Positions 1 through 12,765 of a DNA stretch of 64,000 bases are shown piece after piece. The notes under the pieces were generated by a model. The model was not told where the DNA came from, did no database searches, and was given only the letters and a program-made list of their open reading frames with translations. Every line of letters starts with the position of its first letter. The stretch's first letter is position 1. Source of the stretch: Octopus vulgaris (lineage: Eukaryota); assembly GCA_951406725.2 (NCBI GenBank), contig OX597815.1, forward strand, positions 66,588,001 to 66,652,000. Direction: 5' to 3'. The translations under genes and the position numbers were made by a program.

Positions 1-769
1 ACACACATACATGTGTGTGTGTGTGTAAACGACGAGGATGCTTTAACATAATGCGGCGGAAATATTATCAGAAATGAATGAACAACTGGTTATTAATATA
101 CCCATTTATTATATATCAGTTACTATGTTGTTGCAATGTTGAAAATGATTATAATGCAAGTCGTTTCAAAATACAAGAAATATACAACCTCGTCGGTTTG
201 TTTGTGTCTACACAGCTTGTTTGTAGATGCAGTCGAATATTTGTCACTGATTCCATTGTGTATATTAATGTTTTTGTTTTTTGTTTTTTTCTTTTTCTAT
301 GAATGCTAGGGAGAAAGACATAATAAGACTGGTAAGTCTACATTTGTACGCTTCGGAGAAAAAAGAATACTCTTCGATCAGGCGGCGGCCAGCCGAAAAG
401 AGATCGACTAATATTTGCTTGTGTAAATACACAAGCAAATATTAGTCGATCTCTTCTGCCAATTTAATTAGGTCAACTGAGAACTATAGGATTCTTCGTA
501 CTTAATCAGAATCGACCCGTGAATACTTTGAGAAGGTCTGAGAGGTGAACTCACAGATTAATATCTGTGAGATCAATAAGGTTAAGACAATAGACCAAGA
601 CTTTGCTTGACGATGTATAAAAATGTGGATTTGGCTTCACATCCTAGCTTAGCTTTACTGAGGCTCTTCACCACATACATACATACATACAAACACACAC
701 GTACGTACGTGCGTGCGTGTATACGAACGAGTGGACAAACGAAAAAAAAGTGGCGCACTCAGTCGCATA

Positions 770-1185
770 GGCGCAGGAGTGGCTGTGTGGTAAGTAGCTT
801 GCTAACCAACCACATGGTTCCGGGTTCAGTCCCACTGCGTGGCATCTTGGGCAAGTGTCTTCTGCTATAGCCTCGGGCTGACCAAAGCCTTGTGAGTGGA
901 TTTGGTAGACGGAAACTGAAAGAAGCCTGTCGTATATGTGTATATATGTATGTATGTATGTGTGTGTATATGTTTGTGTGTCTGTGTTTGTCCCTCTAGC
1001 ATTGCTTGACAACCGATGCTGGTGTGTTTACGTCCCCGTCACTTAGCGGTTCGGCAAAAGAGACCGATAGAATAAGTACTGGGCTTACAAAGAATAAGTC
1101 CTGGGGTCGATTTGCTCGACTAAAGGCGGTGCTCCAGCATGGCCGCAGTCAAATGACTGAAACAAGTAAAAGAGTAAAGAGTATA
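770..1185 (+). mobile_element. tRNA-derived SINE family A, full-length copy
   Basis: Head GGCGCAGGAGTGGCTGTGTGG with box B-like GGTTCAGTCCC, internal (TA/TG)n, 3' end ...TGACTGAAACAAGTAAAAGAG. Recurs many times in the window. Confidence 0.85.
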
Positions 1186-2052
1186 TATATTTAATAATAA
1201 CTTGACTCGGCCCCACAAAACTTTAAATCATATGGATCTGAGTCAAACTGTTATTTATATATATATAATCCACACACACACACACTTGCGCGCGCGCGAG
1301 GAAATTACGTCACCGTACGATCAAGTTGATTCGTCTTCCGCTTGAATACTTTAGATATTTCGTGTCTCACAACAAAAGTTTATCCACAATAGGAAAACCA
1401 AGTGTAAATGCGACATACCGTTATGCCTAGGTCATTTCTTAATCAAACAGGTTTTCTCAATGGATGACGATTATTACGACGCACCCTTTCTATCATTTGT
1501 TGTTGTTTAACTGCACATCATCTCGACCTACGATCAAAGCTTTTCTAGACATGGCCGTGCTGGGTTTTTGTATATTAATTTAGGCGAACCTTCGGTATAG
1601 GTACACATGTGACTTTGTTTACATTTCTGAAGATAACAGAAACCCTTTTCTCCCACCCCTAACCTTAACCCCCCATATATAAAAAAAACAATTTCTTGAA
1701 ATGTATCTGGTACTTACACCGGTACTTATACCGAAGTTACGCCTTAATTTATCTAATGTATCTTTATTAAGATCATTTAAGACAGTAAGATGTGATTTGA
1801 GGGTCATTTGGCTGCTATTTCGAGCGATCACATATTGAGAAGCTCCCTGTTTGTCCCATTACAAATCTTGTCATTGTTGACGAGGTGTTGGTATATATCA
1901 GTAATGGTTAGAGTGGTAATGTGAAAGTGGTGATAGGTGTAATTGCAATAGTTGTGGTGAAGATGGTGGTTGCGGTAACAGTGGCGATGGTGGTGGTGGG
2001 GTGTACAATAGTGGTGATGGCGCAGTGGTGGTCGTGACGATGGTAGTGATAT

Positions 2053-2378
2053 AGGCGGCGAGCTGGGCAGAAACGTTAGCACGCCGGGCGAAATGCTTAG
2101 CGGTATTTCAAATAAGTACCAGTTACGCACTGGGGTCGATGTAATCCTTGTTTGTCCCTTCTGTGTTTAGCCCCTTGTGGGTAGTAAAGAAATAGGTATT
2201 TCGTCTGCGTTACGTTGTGAATTCAAATTCCGCCGAGGTCGACTTTGCCTTTCATCCTTTCGTGGTCGATAAATTAAGTACCAGTTACGCTCTGGGGTCG
2301 ATGTAATCGACTTAATACCTGTCTGTCCTTGTTTGTCCCCTCTGTGTTTAGCTCCTTGTGGGTAATAAAGAAATAGGT
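2053..2378 (+). mobile_element. SINE family B copy (internally duplicated)
   Basis: GGCGGCGAGCTGG head, GAATTCAAATTCC box B-like motif, core GCCTTTCATCCTTTCG.GGTCGATAAATTAAGTACCAG and TAGCCCCTTGTGGG tail. Confidence 0.8.
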
Positions 2379-2624
2379 AGTGATAGTTGTGACAATTGTT
2401 GGGGGCGGAAATGGTGGAATTGACAATAGTGACTGTAGAAGTCAACGGTAGGGGGATGACGGTGACGGAGGCGACGATGATGGCGATGGTAGTGATAATA
2501 TGGCAGTAGTGACGGTGGTAATGATGGTGGCGGTTGCGGTGATAGTGGTGGAGCAGCAATCCTGGTGAAGACGACGGTGCTGATGAGGTAGTGATGGTGA
2601 AAGTGGCGAGGCTGGTGGAGGGCG

Positions 2625-2636
2625 ATGGTGGTGGTG

Positions 2637-2693
<57 letters not shown>

Positions 2694-2698
2694 ATAGT
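2625..2698. repeat. (GGT)n/(AGT)n microsatellite
   Basis: Seen directly in the sequence. Confidence 0.95.
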
Positions 2699-3179
2699 GG
2701 GATGTGTAAACTTTGATGTGGTTTTAGAGGCGTTTCCTAATGATATCTGTATCAGAGGTAAAACTTGTAATCCTTCCTCTTGACCCCAGGATATTCTTCG
2801 TGGACCAAATCTCTGCTCACCATTTACAATCACAATCTCGTAGATACACACGTCTGTTCTTTCTGACTCTTCTACCGCTACTATCGCGGCTTCTTGGAAC
2901 TAGCAAATTACATGCTCCACCTCTCCTCTGTCTCCTGAATACAAGACACTCTTCCCTGCACCAACCCTACTCCACAGTCCTTAAAAACTCAACAAAAATA
3001 TTTCTGCTCCCATTTCCACCCCCATCCAATAAGCAATCCCGTTTCCCTAACAGACTCAAATTGAACATCATCTGCATCGATTCCTCAATCTGGGGGAAGT
3101 AGACCTGTAAAAGTCACGGGTACTATGCCATTTTTACCGGTTATTTATTACTAATAGAGGGCACAAGGTCACGAAGATT

Positions 3180-3340
3180 TAAGCACGGTTATGTAGTTAA
3201 GAAGCTCGCTTTTCAGCAACGTGGTTCTGGCTTCAGTCCCACAGCGTGGCACTTTGGGCAAATGTCTTCTACTATAGCCCAGGTCCGACAATGGTTTCTG
3301 AGCGGATTTGGTAGAAGGAAACTGCAGAACCCATTGTGTG
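3180..3340 (+). mobile_element. SINE A 5' half, diverged
   Basis: TTCAGTCCCACAGCGTGGCACTTTGGGCAAATGTCTTC matches the family A head. Confidence 0.7.
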
Positions 3341-3799
3341 GGCGTGTCTTCAATTTCGTATTCCACCATCTAGTAAAAAGAAAAAAACAGCCGATAGTGA
3401 AGACGCGTGGTTGGAATGTTCGATTCATAATCATAAAGTCGTTCGTTCAATCCCTAAACTGGTCAGTAACGTTGAATTTTCGAGCAAGACATTTCATTTC
3501 ACGTTGCTCCAGTGGATTCAGCTGTAAATGGATACCAACAGAGGGACATTGCAGCCATTTTACCAGTAGAATATCCCGGATATTCTACTCGCGTGTTGAT
3601 TCTGCCTTCTGAGAATTACATTAACTATGCATGTTTCTGTGATATCTGCAGTCATTACACACCATGCGGGTGTGAACGCGTGCGTGCCTCTCTGTGTGTG
3701 TGCGATCGCGCGCGCGCTGAAATCTGTGGAAACACAAGATCTCAAGGCGTAATACACTATACTGCTCACGGATGCGAACTGATATAGCTCTGCTATTGC

Positions 3800-3960
3800 T
3801 ACTCGTAAGAGTGCCAAATGAGAAGGGCTTCAAACAAGGAGATACTATCTCTCCAAAAGCTTCACGATATGTCTAGAAATGGTCATTAAAAACAGTGACT
3901 GGACAAGTGGCGTGAACATCAACGGCGAGCTATTACTACACCACCGATTCACAGATCAGA
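3800..3960 (+). pseudogene. RTE-clade reverse transcriptase fragment
   Basis: Frameshifted KGFKQGDTISPK...CLEMVIKNSDWTSGVNINGELLLHHRFTD, i.e. the QG motif through to a decayed FADD motif. Confidence 0.65.
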
Positions 3961-3966
3961 TACCTT

Positions 3967-4067
3967 CATACATACATACATACATACATACATACATACA
4001 TACATACATACATACATACATACATACATACATACATACATACATACATACATACATACATACATAC
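3967..4067. repeat. (CATA)n microsatellite
   Basis: About 25 perfect units. Confidence 0.97.
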
Positions 4068-4399
4068 TATTTTTGTATGTGTCTATGTCCTTTGCTACAG
4101 GAGATAGAGTGGGACGACTGTTGTGCTGATTGTTGATGCATAATGAGACAGAAACACATGTCTATGATAGTCCTCTTATCATCTCCAGGCGGTAAGTCAA
4201 ACCTTATCCTTAATGGCATGTCAACTTTGGAGAATACTTGATTCCTGAATTTATCTCTTGCTGGAAATAATAGTTAAATTAACTTTAAGCAAAATGTAAC
4301 GGTCTTTGAAAAAGAAAAGAAAAAAGAAAAGAAACTTTGGATATTGTATTCCGGGGTGAATTGTTTGGAATAAAAGACATGCCTGGATATCTACATCTG

Positions 4400-4545
4400 G
4401 ATAATGACAACAACAACAACAACAACAACAAAAGTAACAACAACAGCAGAAGGAACAGTAACAACGACAATAACAACAGCAACTACGATTGCAGCAGCAA
4501 CAACAACCATAACAACAAAACAACATCAGCAGCAACCATAATAGC
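4400..4545. repeat. (CAA)n-rich degenerate microsatellite
   Basis: Seen directly in the sequence. Confidence 0.9.
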
Positions 4546-5106
4546 AAAACATCAGTTTTACAGTCTAAAATTGCTAGCTTTGACGGTGAGTCTAGCTCTC
4601 TAGGGTTACTCAAAATTTAGGCAACGTATGAGCAACGTAATAGTCGGATACAAACCTCTGATGAATATCTCCCCACTGATCAAGTCAGTTGCACTATATC
4701 ATATGACTGGGGAAAAATTCGATTGATTTACTTTTTTCTCCTGCTTAGATTTTGTAGCAGTTCATTAGACATTTCTATCTCGAGTCTTACTACTCTTAGG
4801 GCCAGTTACCTGTGTAGTAGGACCAACTCAGTAACGAGAAATAGATCATAGCGTATCAAGTGACTTGCCTCGAATTCTGAGTAGTAGTTTTTCCGCAGCA
4901 ATCGTTCGATTTTATAGTTTTGGAACAGAAATTTCCATAGTTTCTCGCCAAAATATGGCCATAAATTTAGATGCACGTCACAATCAGTGCAGAAGCTGAG
5001 AGGAGTTCCTAAGAGGAGAGACGAAACTTTGATACTTGGTCGACTGCTCAAGCTAGAGTTAAATAGAATCACTTCGTCTACAATGAGCACAATATTCTCA
5101 CTTCTC

Positions 5107-5523
5107 AAGGCAGCGAGCTGGCAGAATCGTTAGCACACCGGGCGAAATGCTTAGCGGTATTTCGTCTGCCGTTACGTTCTGAGTTCAAATTCCGCCGAGG
5201 TCGACTTTGCCTTTCATCCTTTCGTGGTCGATAAATTAAGTACCAGTTACGCACTGGGGTCGATATAATCGACTTAATCCGTTTGTCTGTCCTTGTTTGT
5301 CCCCTCTGTGTCTAGCCCCTTGTGGGCAGTAAAGAAATAGGTATTTCGGCTGCCGCAACGTTCTCAGTTCAATTTCCGCCGAGGTCGATTTTGCCTTTCA
5401 TCCTTTTGGGGTCAATTAAATAAGTACCAGTTACGCACTGGGGTCAATGTAATCGACTTAATTCCTTTGTCTGTCCTTGTTTGTCCTCTCTATGTTTAGC
5501 CCCTTGTGGGCAACAAAGAAATA
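5107..5523 (+). mobile_element. SINE B, head-body-tail-body-tail form with ~16-bp TSD
   Basis: AATATTCTC(A/G)CTTCTC flanks the element at 5091-5106 and 5524-5539. The body restarts at ~5340. Confidence 0.85.
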
Positions 5524-7457
5524 AATATTCTCGCTTCTCCAAGCACGTACACATTCATATTAGAAATATATTCTTTATTCTTATTGCTTAAGCGTTACTC
5601 CCTTACTTACTGACATTAAATTTCGTAACATTTTACCTCATAACTCATTTTCTATTCATTTTTGTTTTATGCGACTAGCGATTCTGAATTCCTCATGCAT
5701 TTTCCTATTATTTCAAACTATTTATGCCAAAGTGTAGCTAAGGAGGTGTCCTCTTTAAAACAATTAACAGTTTGCAATTTAGTTGAGAACTGAATTAGTG
5801 GTGAAGCTTGGAAGCTACTGCGATTGACGAAATGGTGGATTTAAGAATACATTCAACCACTACCGTGGTTGAATGATACATATATACATGCATACGCTCG
5901 CGCGCGCGCACACATACACACACACACACACACACATGAATTATCTCCCTTCGACACTGACGTCATGGTTTTCTTTCTTGTTCCCAAAAAGTTTATTTAC
6001 GCAACAAACATTTATATCGTTAAGTCTTTGGAACTATTAACGCTTTGCCAAAAGAACTGGTAATATAATAGTTAACCGATAAGTTATATCTGAAGAGAAA
6101 ATGTACTTGTTATTTGATATGATCAGCAATAATGTAAACAGAGATTGGCTGTTCAAGTGTCAAAACAGATCGTGATTTCTTTGACAGCTTTGTGAAAATG
6201 CGTAGCCTAGCGGTTGGGGGCGTTGCACTCATGATCGCAAGATCGTGGTTTCGATTCCCAGACCGGATGAAGTGTTGTGTTTTTGAGCAAAACACTTCAT
6301 TTCATATTGCTCTACTCACTCATCTGTAAACTAGTAACCGCGCGACGGACTGACGTCTCATTCAGGAGGTTTAAGATAGCTTAGCAGGGTATTTGTATAT
6401 TTTGGTTAGGCTGATTTAGGCTGTGTATTGTTACCCATATTCAAAGCAAGTCCATTTAATGTTTTCTATGGAACCATTTATTTACATAAAAATATAGAGA
6501 TTTATTGCCGAGCGTAAGCCGTATTACTGATTACCAACCAGTATTAAGTTATGCAAGTTGGCTAAAGAAATTAATATTCTCACTTCTCCAAGCACGTACA
6601 CAGAACATTCTTAATTCTCACCACTTGCTTCCCATGAAGACGTAGTTATCTAATTCTTTCGTCTGTTTTTACGTTTTGAATTCAAATTTCGCCGAGGTCA
6701 ACCTTGATGTACAGATTATTTAATTAATTTTTTTTTTTAACTAAACACTTTAAAACTTCCGATTCTGGTAGAATGTGTCACATAGAACAGGGTTTACTCT
6801 CAACGTTTTTGAGAAAATTTTGTATTTTAGAAGTTATACCGTCAGAAGTTACAGAGTGACAATGGACAAATTCGTGTTTGATAAGTGCCAATACACGAAA
6901 CTCTCAGCTTTTGACTTACTCTCTAACTTCTGCCGATGATATATATATATACATACTACACATATTGGTAAAAAAATCTCATCACACAATCGAACCAATG
7001 AAAGAGCCTCTACCTGGTCGCTCGACAAGTTAAAAATAGTAGCCAAAGTATCCCCCTACCTAAATCACGCGCCCATTGTATGTAATGTCCTAGATTATCC
7101 CTAAAAAGACAGTTTGCTGAAGGCTGGAATGTCTTTGATGATAGGTTTGCAGTATCAGGGTTGATTTGGGGCTAAATAACAACATTATGGTAAATTTCTA
7201 TATTAACACCCACACGATTTACACTAAGAAAAAAAAAAAATTGATTCTTTGCATGGAATCAAGTACCTCCTAATGTGCTGCAAATCCCTTATTTTGGTTC
7301 AGAAAAAATGAGATGGGGTGGTTCCCCACCCCCAATCCTAGAATCATTGGAATATTTTTTTTCGTTGAATGAATTCCTGTGACCTAATATTGCAAAATTA
7401 GATACTTAAGGCGAGCCTGGTAACTGATTGTTTTGGTGTCTTGTTATTTGTAACTTT

Positions 7458-7869
7458 GAAAAGTACAGAACAAGTTATTACTCCAGTAAAAGTATAGGAC
7501 AAGTTATTACTTCTAGTAAAGTAAAGAATAAGAAATTTTTTACTTAAAATATTGCAGCTAAAATTAAAATTTGAATATTAAAACTTATTTTATTATAGTT
7601 TGCAAATAACACTATACTTATTTAAGTAGAATTTGCCTAATTTATTACCTTAAATACAGAAAAAAGTGACTAATTAGATAAACTTGGAAATTAGCTGAAC
7701 AGTTTTGTACAATAAATTTAAATGATGAGAACTGTAAAGAGTGATGAATTAGAAAAACTGGCATTCTTTGCTGCAATATTTAAGTAAAAAGTTTCTTATT
7801 CTTTACTTTACTAGAAGTAATAGCTTGTCCTATACTTTTACAGGTGTAATAACTTGTCCTGTACTTTTC
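7458..7869. mobile_element. Fold-back/MITE-like element with ~100-bp imperfect inverted arms
   Basis: 7458-7558 is a near reverse complement of 7770-7869, with an AT-rich ~210-bp spacer. Confidence 0.7.
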
Positions 7870-7940
7870 CAGGTTTATAATCTTAAGAATATTACTTTTC
7901 ATGCTCACATTTTTCCATGTATGTATGTATGTATGTATGT

Positions 7941-7988
<48 letters not shown>

Positions 7989-8015
7989 ATGTATGATGTA
8001 TGTATGTATGTATGT

Positions 8016-8856
8016 ACAGAGTGCGATGGGTAAATTGTCGCCATTTTATGCTTTTAATTTCGCATATGCGCCTTATTTGTTTTTGATTTTGTCGACTACA
8101 CAGTACAGTAGAGTTAGTTGGGCACCGTCTCTGAGAAAAGCAGCACCATGACATAATTCACTATGCCAGAAATTTGGAAATGGCATTCTGTACTACTTGG
8201 CATTCACACTGATCCGAGGACATGTACCGAGAGTGATAAAAATCAAATATTTAGTCAACATCATGGTGTTTGGAGTAATCACTAGTGATGGCGACGTTAT
8301 GCCTCCATTCATCTTCTCACACAGCCTCACACTCAACATGAAAGCCTACATCAACTACCTGGAGGAGGTAGTGCTGCCCTGGGTCAAGAGGGTGGCTGCT
8401 GAAATACCCAATGTCTGGCAACCAGACTCTGCTCCATGCCACACAAACGAGTGAACCCAGTCATGGCTGTCAGACAGTTTCTGCGACCACATCATCCTTA
8501 GCATCAGGCCATGTAACTCCCCAGACCACAATACCCTTGATTATTATGTGTGGGGTGCAGTTGAGCAAGAGACCAACAAAACTCCTTGTAACACCAAAGA
8601 TGAACTGAAACCAAAGATTATGACAGCATTCACCAAGGAAACCATGCAGAAGAGTTGCAATGGCAATTTTTTTTGTGTGTGTGTAGTTTCAGCTCATGCT
8701 AATGCACTGCCATTCAATTTATTGAATAAATTTACTTATTAGTCTTTCAAGATATTTTTATGCAATTTTGGTAAAAATATCTGTTAAAATGAGATGTCAG
8801 TGTTATTTTCATTTTTGCATAATTTAGACAATAGTTTATTCACCACACCCTCTGCA
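8016..8856 (+). mobile_element. Internally deleted Tc1/mariner transposon of the maT (DD37D) group
   Basis: VFGVITSDG...WQPDSAPCH-(37 aa between the two Asp, one in-frame stop)-SPDHNTLDYYVWG. Degenerate terminal inverted repeats CAGAG(T/G)G...; preceded by TA. Confidence 0.8.
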
Positions 8857-8880
8857 CGTGCACACACACACACACACACA

Positions 8881-10776
8881 CAGGGAAAAGCACCACTGAT
8901 GCTATATTTCTGGTAAGACAGCTGCAGGAGAAATACCTTGCCAAAAATAAACCTCTGTACCTGGCTTTCGTTGACATGGAGAAAGCCTTTGACAGGGTGC
9001 CCTGATCGCTTATCTGATGGTCAATGAAGAAACTAGGGATGGATGAATAGCTAGTGAGAGCCATGCAAGCCATGTACAGGGACACTGTCAGTAAGGTGAG
9101 GGTTGGCAACGAGTACAGTGAAGAATTTCGGGTAGAGGCAGGGGTCCACCAAGGTTCAGTCCTCAGCCCCCTCCTATTTATCATAGTCCTCCAGGCAATA
9201 ACAGGAATTCAAGACAGGATGCCCATGGAAGCTCCTCTATGCTGATGACCTTGCTTTAATTGCTGAGTCACTATCAGAACTAGCGGAGAAGTTTCAGATG
9301 TGGAAGCAAGGATTATAATCAGAGGGCCTTAGAGTCAACCTAGCTAAAACCAAAGTCCTAATATGTAGGAAGGCAGACAAACCACAAATCCCTTCAGCCC
9401 TGCTCAATCTATAAAAAAGGCATAGGTAGAAACTTCATAAGATGTACCCAGTGTAAGCTATGGATACATAAGAGGTGCAGCAATATCAAAGGAAGGCTAA
9501 CTGGGAAGATAGTTTTTGTATGTGGCAAATGCTCAAGAGCAATAAACACTGAAAATGTGCAGAGGACAACTTACGCCACATTCCAGGAAGAAAAACTAGA
9601 AGCAGTTGGTAGCTTCTGTTACCTAGGTGACCAAGTTAGTAGCGGAGGAGGGTGTGCTGAAAGTGTAGCTGCTAGAATAAGATTAGCCTGGGCAAAGTTT
9701 AGAGAGCTCTTACCTCTGCTGGTGACAAAGGGTCTCTTGCTCAGAGTAAAAGGTAGACTGTATGACACATGTGTACGAACAGCCATGCTACATGGCAGTG
9801 AAACATGGGCCATGACTGCTGAGGACATGAGTAAGCTTGCAAGGAATGAAGCCACTATGCTCCGCTGAATGTGTAATGTCAGTGTGCATACTCAACAGAG
9901 TGTAAGTACTTTGAGAGAGAAGTTGGACCTAAGAAGCATCAGATGTAGTGTGCAAGAGAGACGACTTTGCTGGTATGGTCATGTGGGGAGAATGGATGAG
10001 GATAACTGTGTGAAAAAGTGCCATGCCCTAGCAGTTGAGGGAACCTATAGAAGAGTTAGACCCAGGAAGATCTGGGATGAGATGGTGAAGCACAACCTTA
10101 GAATATTAGGCCTCACCGAGGCAATGACTAGTGACCAAGACCTTTGGAAATATGCGGTGCTTGAGAAGACCCAGCAAGCCAAGTGAGACCATAACCCATG
10201 ACCTATGCCAGAAGTGTAACCAGCCCACTTATGCATACCTTTCCTTCATTGGACACTAAACTCTGCTTGCAAAGACCTGTTGAAGTAAGTGAAATCAAAA
10301 GCAAAATCAAATTCGATGACAGCACCACATGACTGGCATTCGTGTGAGTGGAGCGCTAAGAGCACTATCCAAGCATGATCGTTGCCAGAGCAGCTGACTG
10401 GCTTCCATGCCGGTGGCACATAAAAAGCACCATTCGAGTGGGATCATTACCAGCATCACCTTACTGGCACTTGTGCCAGTGGCACGTAAAAAAATATTCG
10501 AGAGAGGTTGTTGCCAGTGTCACTGGACTGGCTCTTGTGCAGGTGGCATGTAAAAACACCATTTGAGCATGGCTGTTGCCAGTACCGCCTGACTGGCCCT
10601 CGTACCAGTGGCATGTAAAAGCACCCACTACACTCTCGGAGTGGTTGGCATTAGGAAGGGCATCCAGCTGTAAACTCAGATTGGAGCCTAGTGTAGCAAT
10701 CTGGTTTGCCAATCCTCAGTCAAATCGTCCAACCCTTGCCAGCATGGAAAACGGACATTAAACGATGATGATGATG
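8881..10776 (+). mobile_element. 5'-truncated RTE-clade LINE (RT, Cys/His insert, repetitive 3'UTR, (GAT)n tail)
   Basis: STTDAIFLVRQLQEKY, LAFVDMEKAFDRV, GVHQGSVLSPLLF, LLYADDL, YLG and RRLCWYGHV motifs with stops and frameshifts. Ends ...ACGGACATTAAACGATGATGATG. Confidence 0.92.
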
Positions 10777-11599
10777 AAACACATACATATGTAACAGACT
10801 TCCACACAGTTTCCATTTATGAAATCCCCTTACAAGGCTTTGATCAGCCTGGGACTATAATAGAAGACATTTGACCAAGGTGCCATGCAAAAGGACTGAA
10901 CCTGAAACCATGTAGTTAGGAGGCAAACCCCTTGACCACATAGCCATACCTGGTACCAAATTGACAGATCCCAACTTACAGTGCTCTGAGCTCAAATCTC
11001 ACTAAGGTTAATTTTGCCTTTCATCCATTCAGGGTAAATAAAAAAAAGTACTGAATCAGGGTAGTGGATTTGGTGGAGCACTGATGCCTTATCAACCATG
11101 CTGTATGAGTCTTACTTTCTTTCAGACATCATCAGTGACACAAAATCCCTGCCCAGGTTTGTATCTTAGAGAAAAATTTTCCGAGTGAAAAAGCTACGAC
11201 CAAAGGGAGCCTTACATAGTCCTTAATAATTGTTTAAAATTTTGGCAAAAGGCTAGCAGTTGTTAATTACATCAACCCCAGTACTTCACCAGTACTTTAT
11301 TTTATCAGCCTTGAAAGGATGAAATGCAAAGTTGACTTTGGCTGTATTTGAATTCAGAATGTAAAGAGATGGAAGAAATGCTGCCAAGCAGTTTCTCTGA
11401 TGATGTTATGATTCTGCCAGCTTGTAGCCTTTAGAAAGTCCTTAATAATAATGACGTGGATGGCCAAGTTTATACATGTCTTGTGGGTTTTAGGGTAGCA
11501 ATAACTTGTTAGGGAGTGAGGAAGAAAGAATGGCTAAGGGAACATTATTTGGAGTTATATTCTTCCAGATAATGATTGCAGTGGATGATAAGTGAAACA

Positions 11600-11930
11600 C
11601 TTAAGCCCCTGTGTCAGTGCCACATACAAACACCCATGGTAATGCCATATAAAAGTGCCCATGTTGGTGCCACATAAAAGCACTTATGCTGGTGCCACAT
11701 AAGAGCACCCATGCTGATGCCACATAAAAGTGTACATGCCAGTGCCACATAAAAGCACCTAGCACATTTTGTAAAATGGTTGGCATTATGAAAGGAATCT
11801 AGCCATAGAAACAATGCCAAAACAGACAAATGGAGTCAGAGCAGCTCTTCAGCTGGTCAGCTCCTGTCAAACTATTCAACCCATGCCAGCATGGAAAACA
11901 AATGTTAAATGATGACAATGACGACGATTT
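11600..11930 (+). mobile_element. RTE-related 3' end with short tandem GTGCCACATAAAAGCACC units
   Basis: Ends AACCCATGCCAGCATGGAAAA...TTAAATGATGAC, like the 8881-10776 element. Confidence 0.7.
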
Positions 11931-12728
11931 GCTGAAATTTAAACTGTAACAGTATAATACACATAATTTTGAAAAATCAGCATCTAACAGTGTTTAGATT
12001 GCTTCAACTACCCAGAGAGGTGCCTGCATTGTTATAGCTTCAGTCACCCACATGCAGAGAGGAGAGAAAGACACCCCTCACAAGGTCACATTGCTTAGGT
12101 TAAAATGCATCTTTTTTTATTTGTTATTTCCTTATGCCTTTTTTCAATGTGCGTATGCTACACACATTGTTTTATTGCATCATGTAACATTTCAGTGTTT
12201 CTTTAATGATAATGTGTATACATTAAGATGGTAAATCAAATATATGCTGTTAAAAATATCCTCTTCCCTTACAGAACTCCACATCATTTGAACCAAGGGT
12301 ATCTTCTAGGTGTGCAGCAAGCCTGGATAACTTTTGTTACATTTATGGTGGGTTTATGACTAAGAAACATTACCAAATTTGTTAAAGCATCTTACTATGC
12401 CTACTTTGGTATGAAATTAGGGAGACCAGTATAAGTGAGCTCCTCATAAGGCCTGCTCAATTTGTGCTGAAGAATTAAAACAATGGACAAAATGAACAAA
12501 GAAGTCTATTTTGAGATTCCAGTATGGAAAGAGCCTAAAATATCATAGTGATGATTGCTACTTTTGCTCATGTAAGGTACAGGGACACAATTCAAAGTGT
12601 GGAAAAAACATTGTTTATGCAAATCTTCCATCTGCGTTGCAACCTGTTACCCATGCAAGACAAAAAAAATAACTCTTTTGAGACAGGAATGGGTATTGAT
12701 GATCTTGTGTCAGATGATGAAAGGTTAT

Positions 12729-12765
<37 letters not shown>

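Noticed and set aside
770-845. tRNA gene
   Set aside because: Has box A/B-like motifs but continues into a SINE body and recurs many times; no clean cloverleaf is evident.
11610-11760. Regularly spaced GTGCCACATAAAAG repeats as a CRISPR-like array
   Set aside because: Degenerate tandem units within an RTE-type 3'UTR; no unique spacers.
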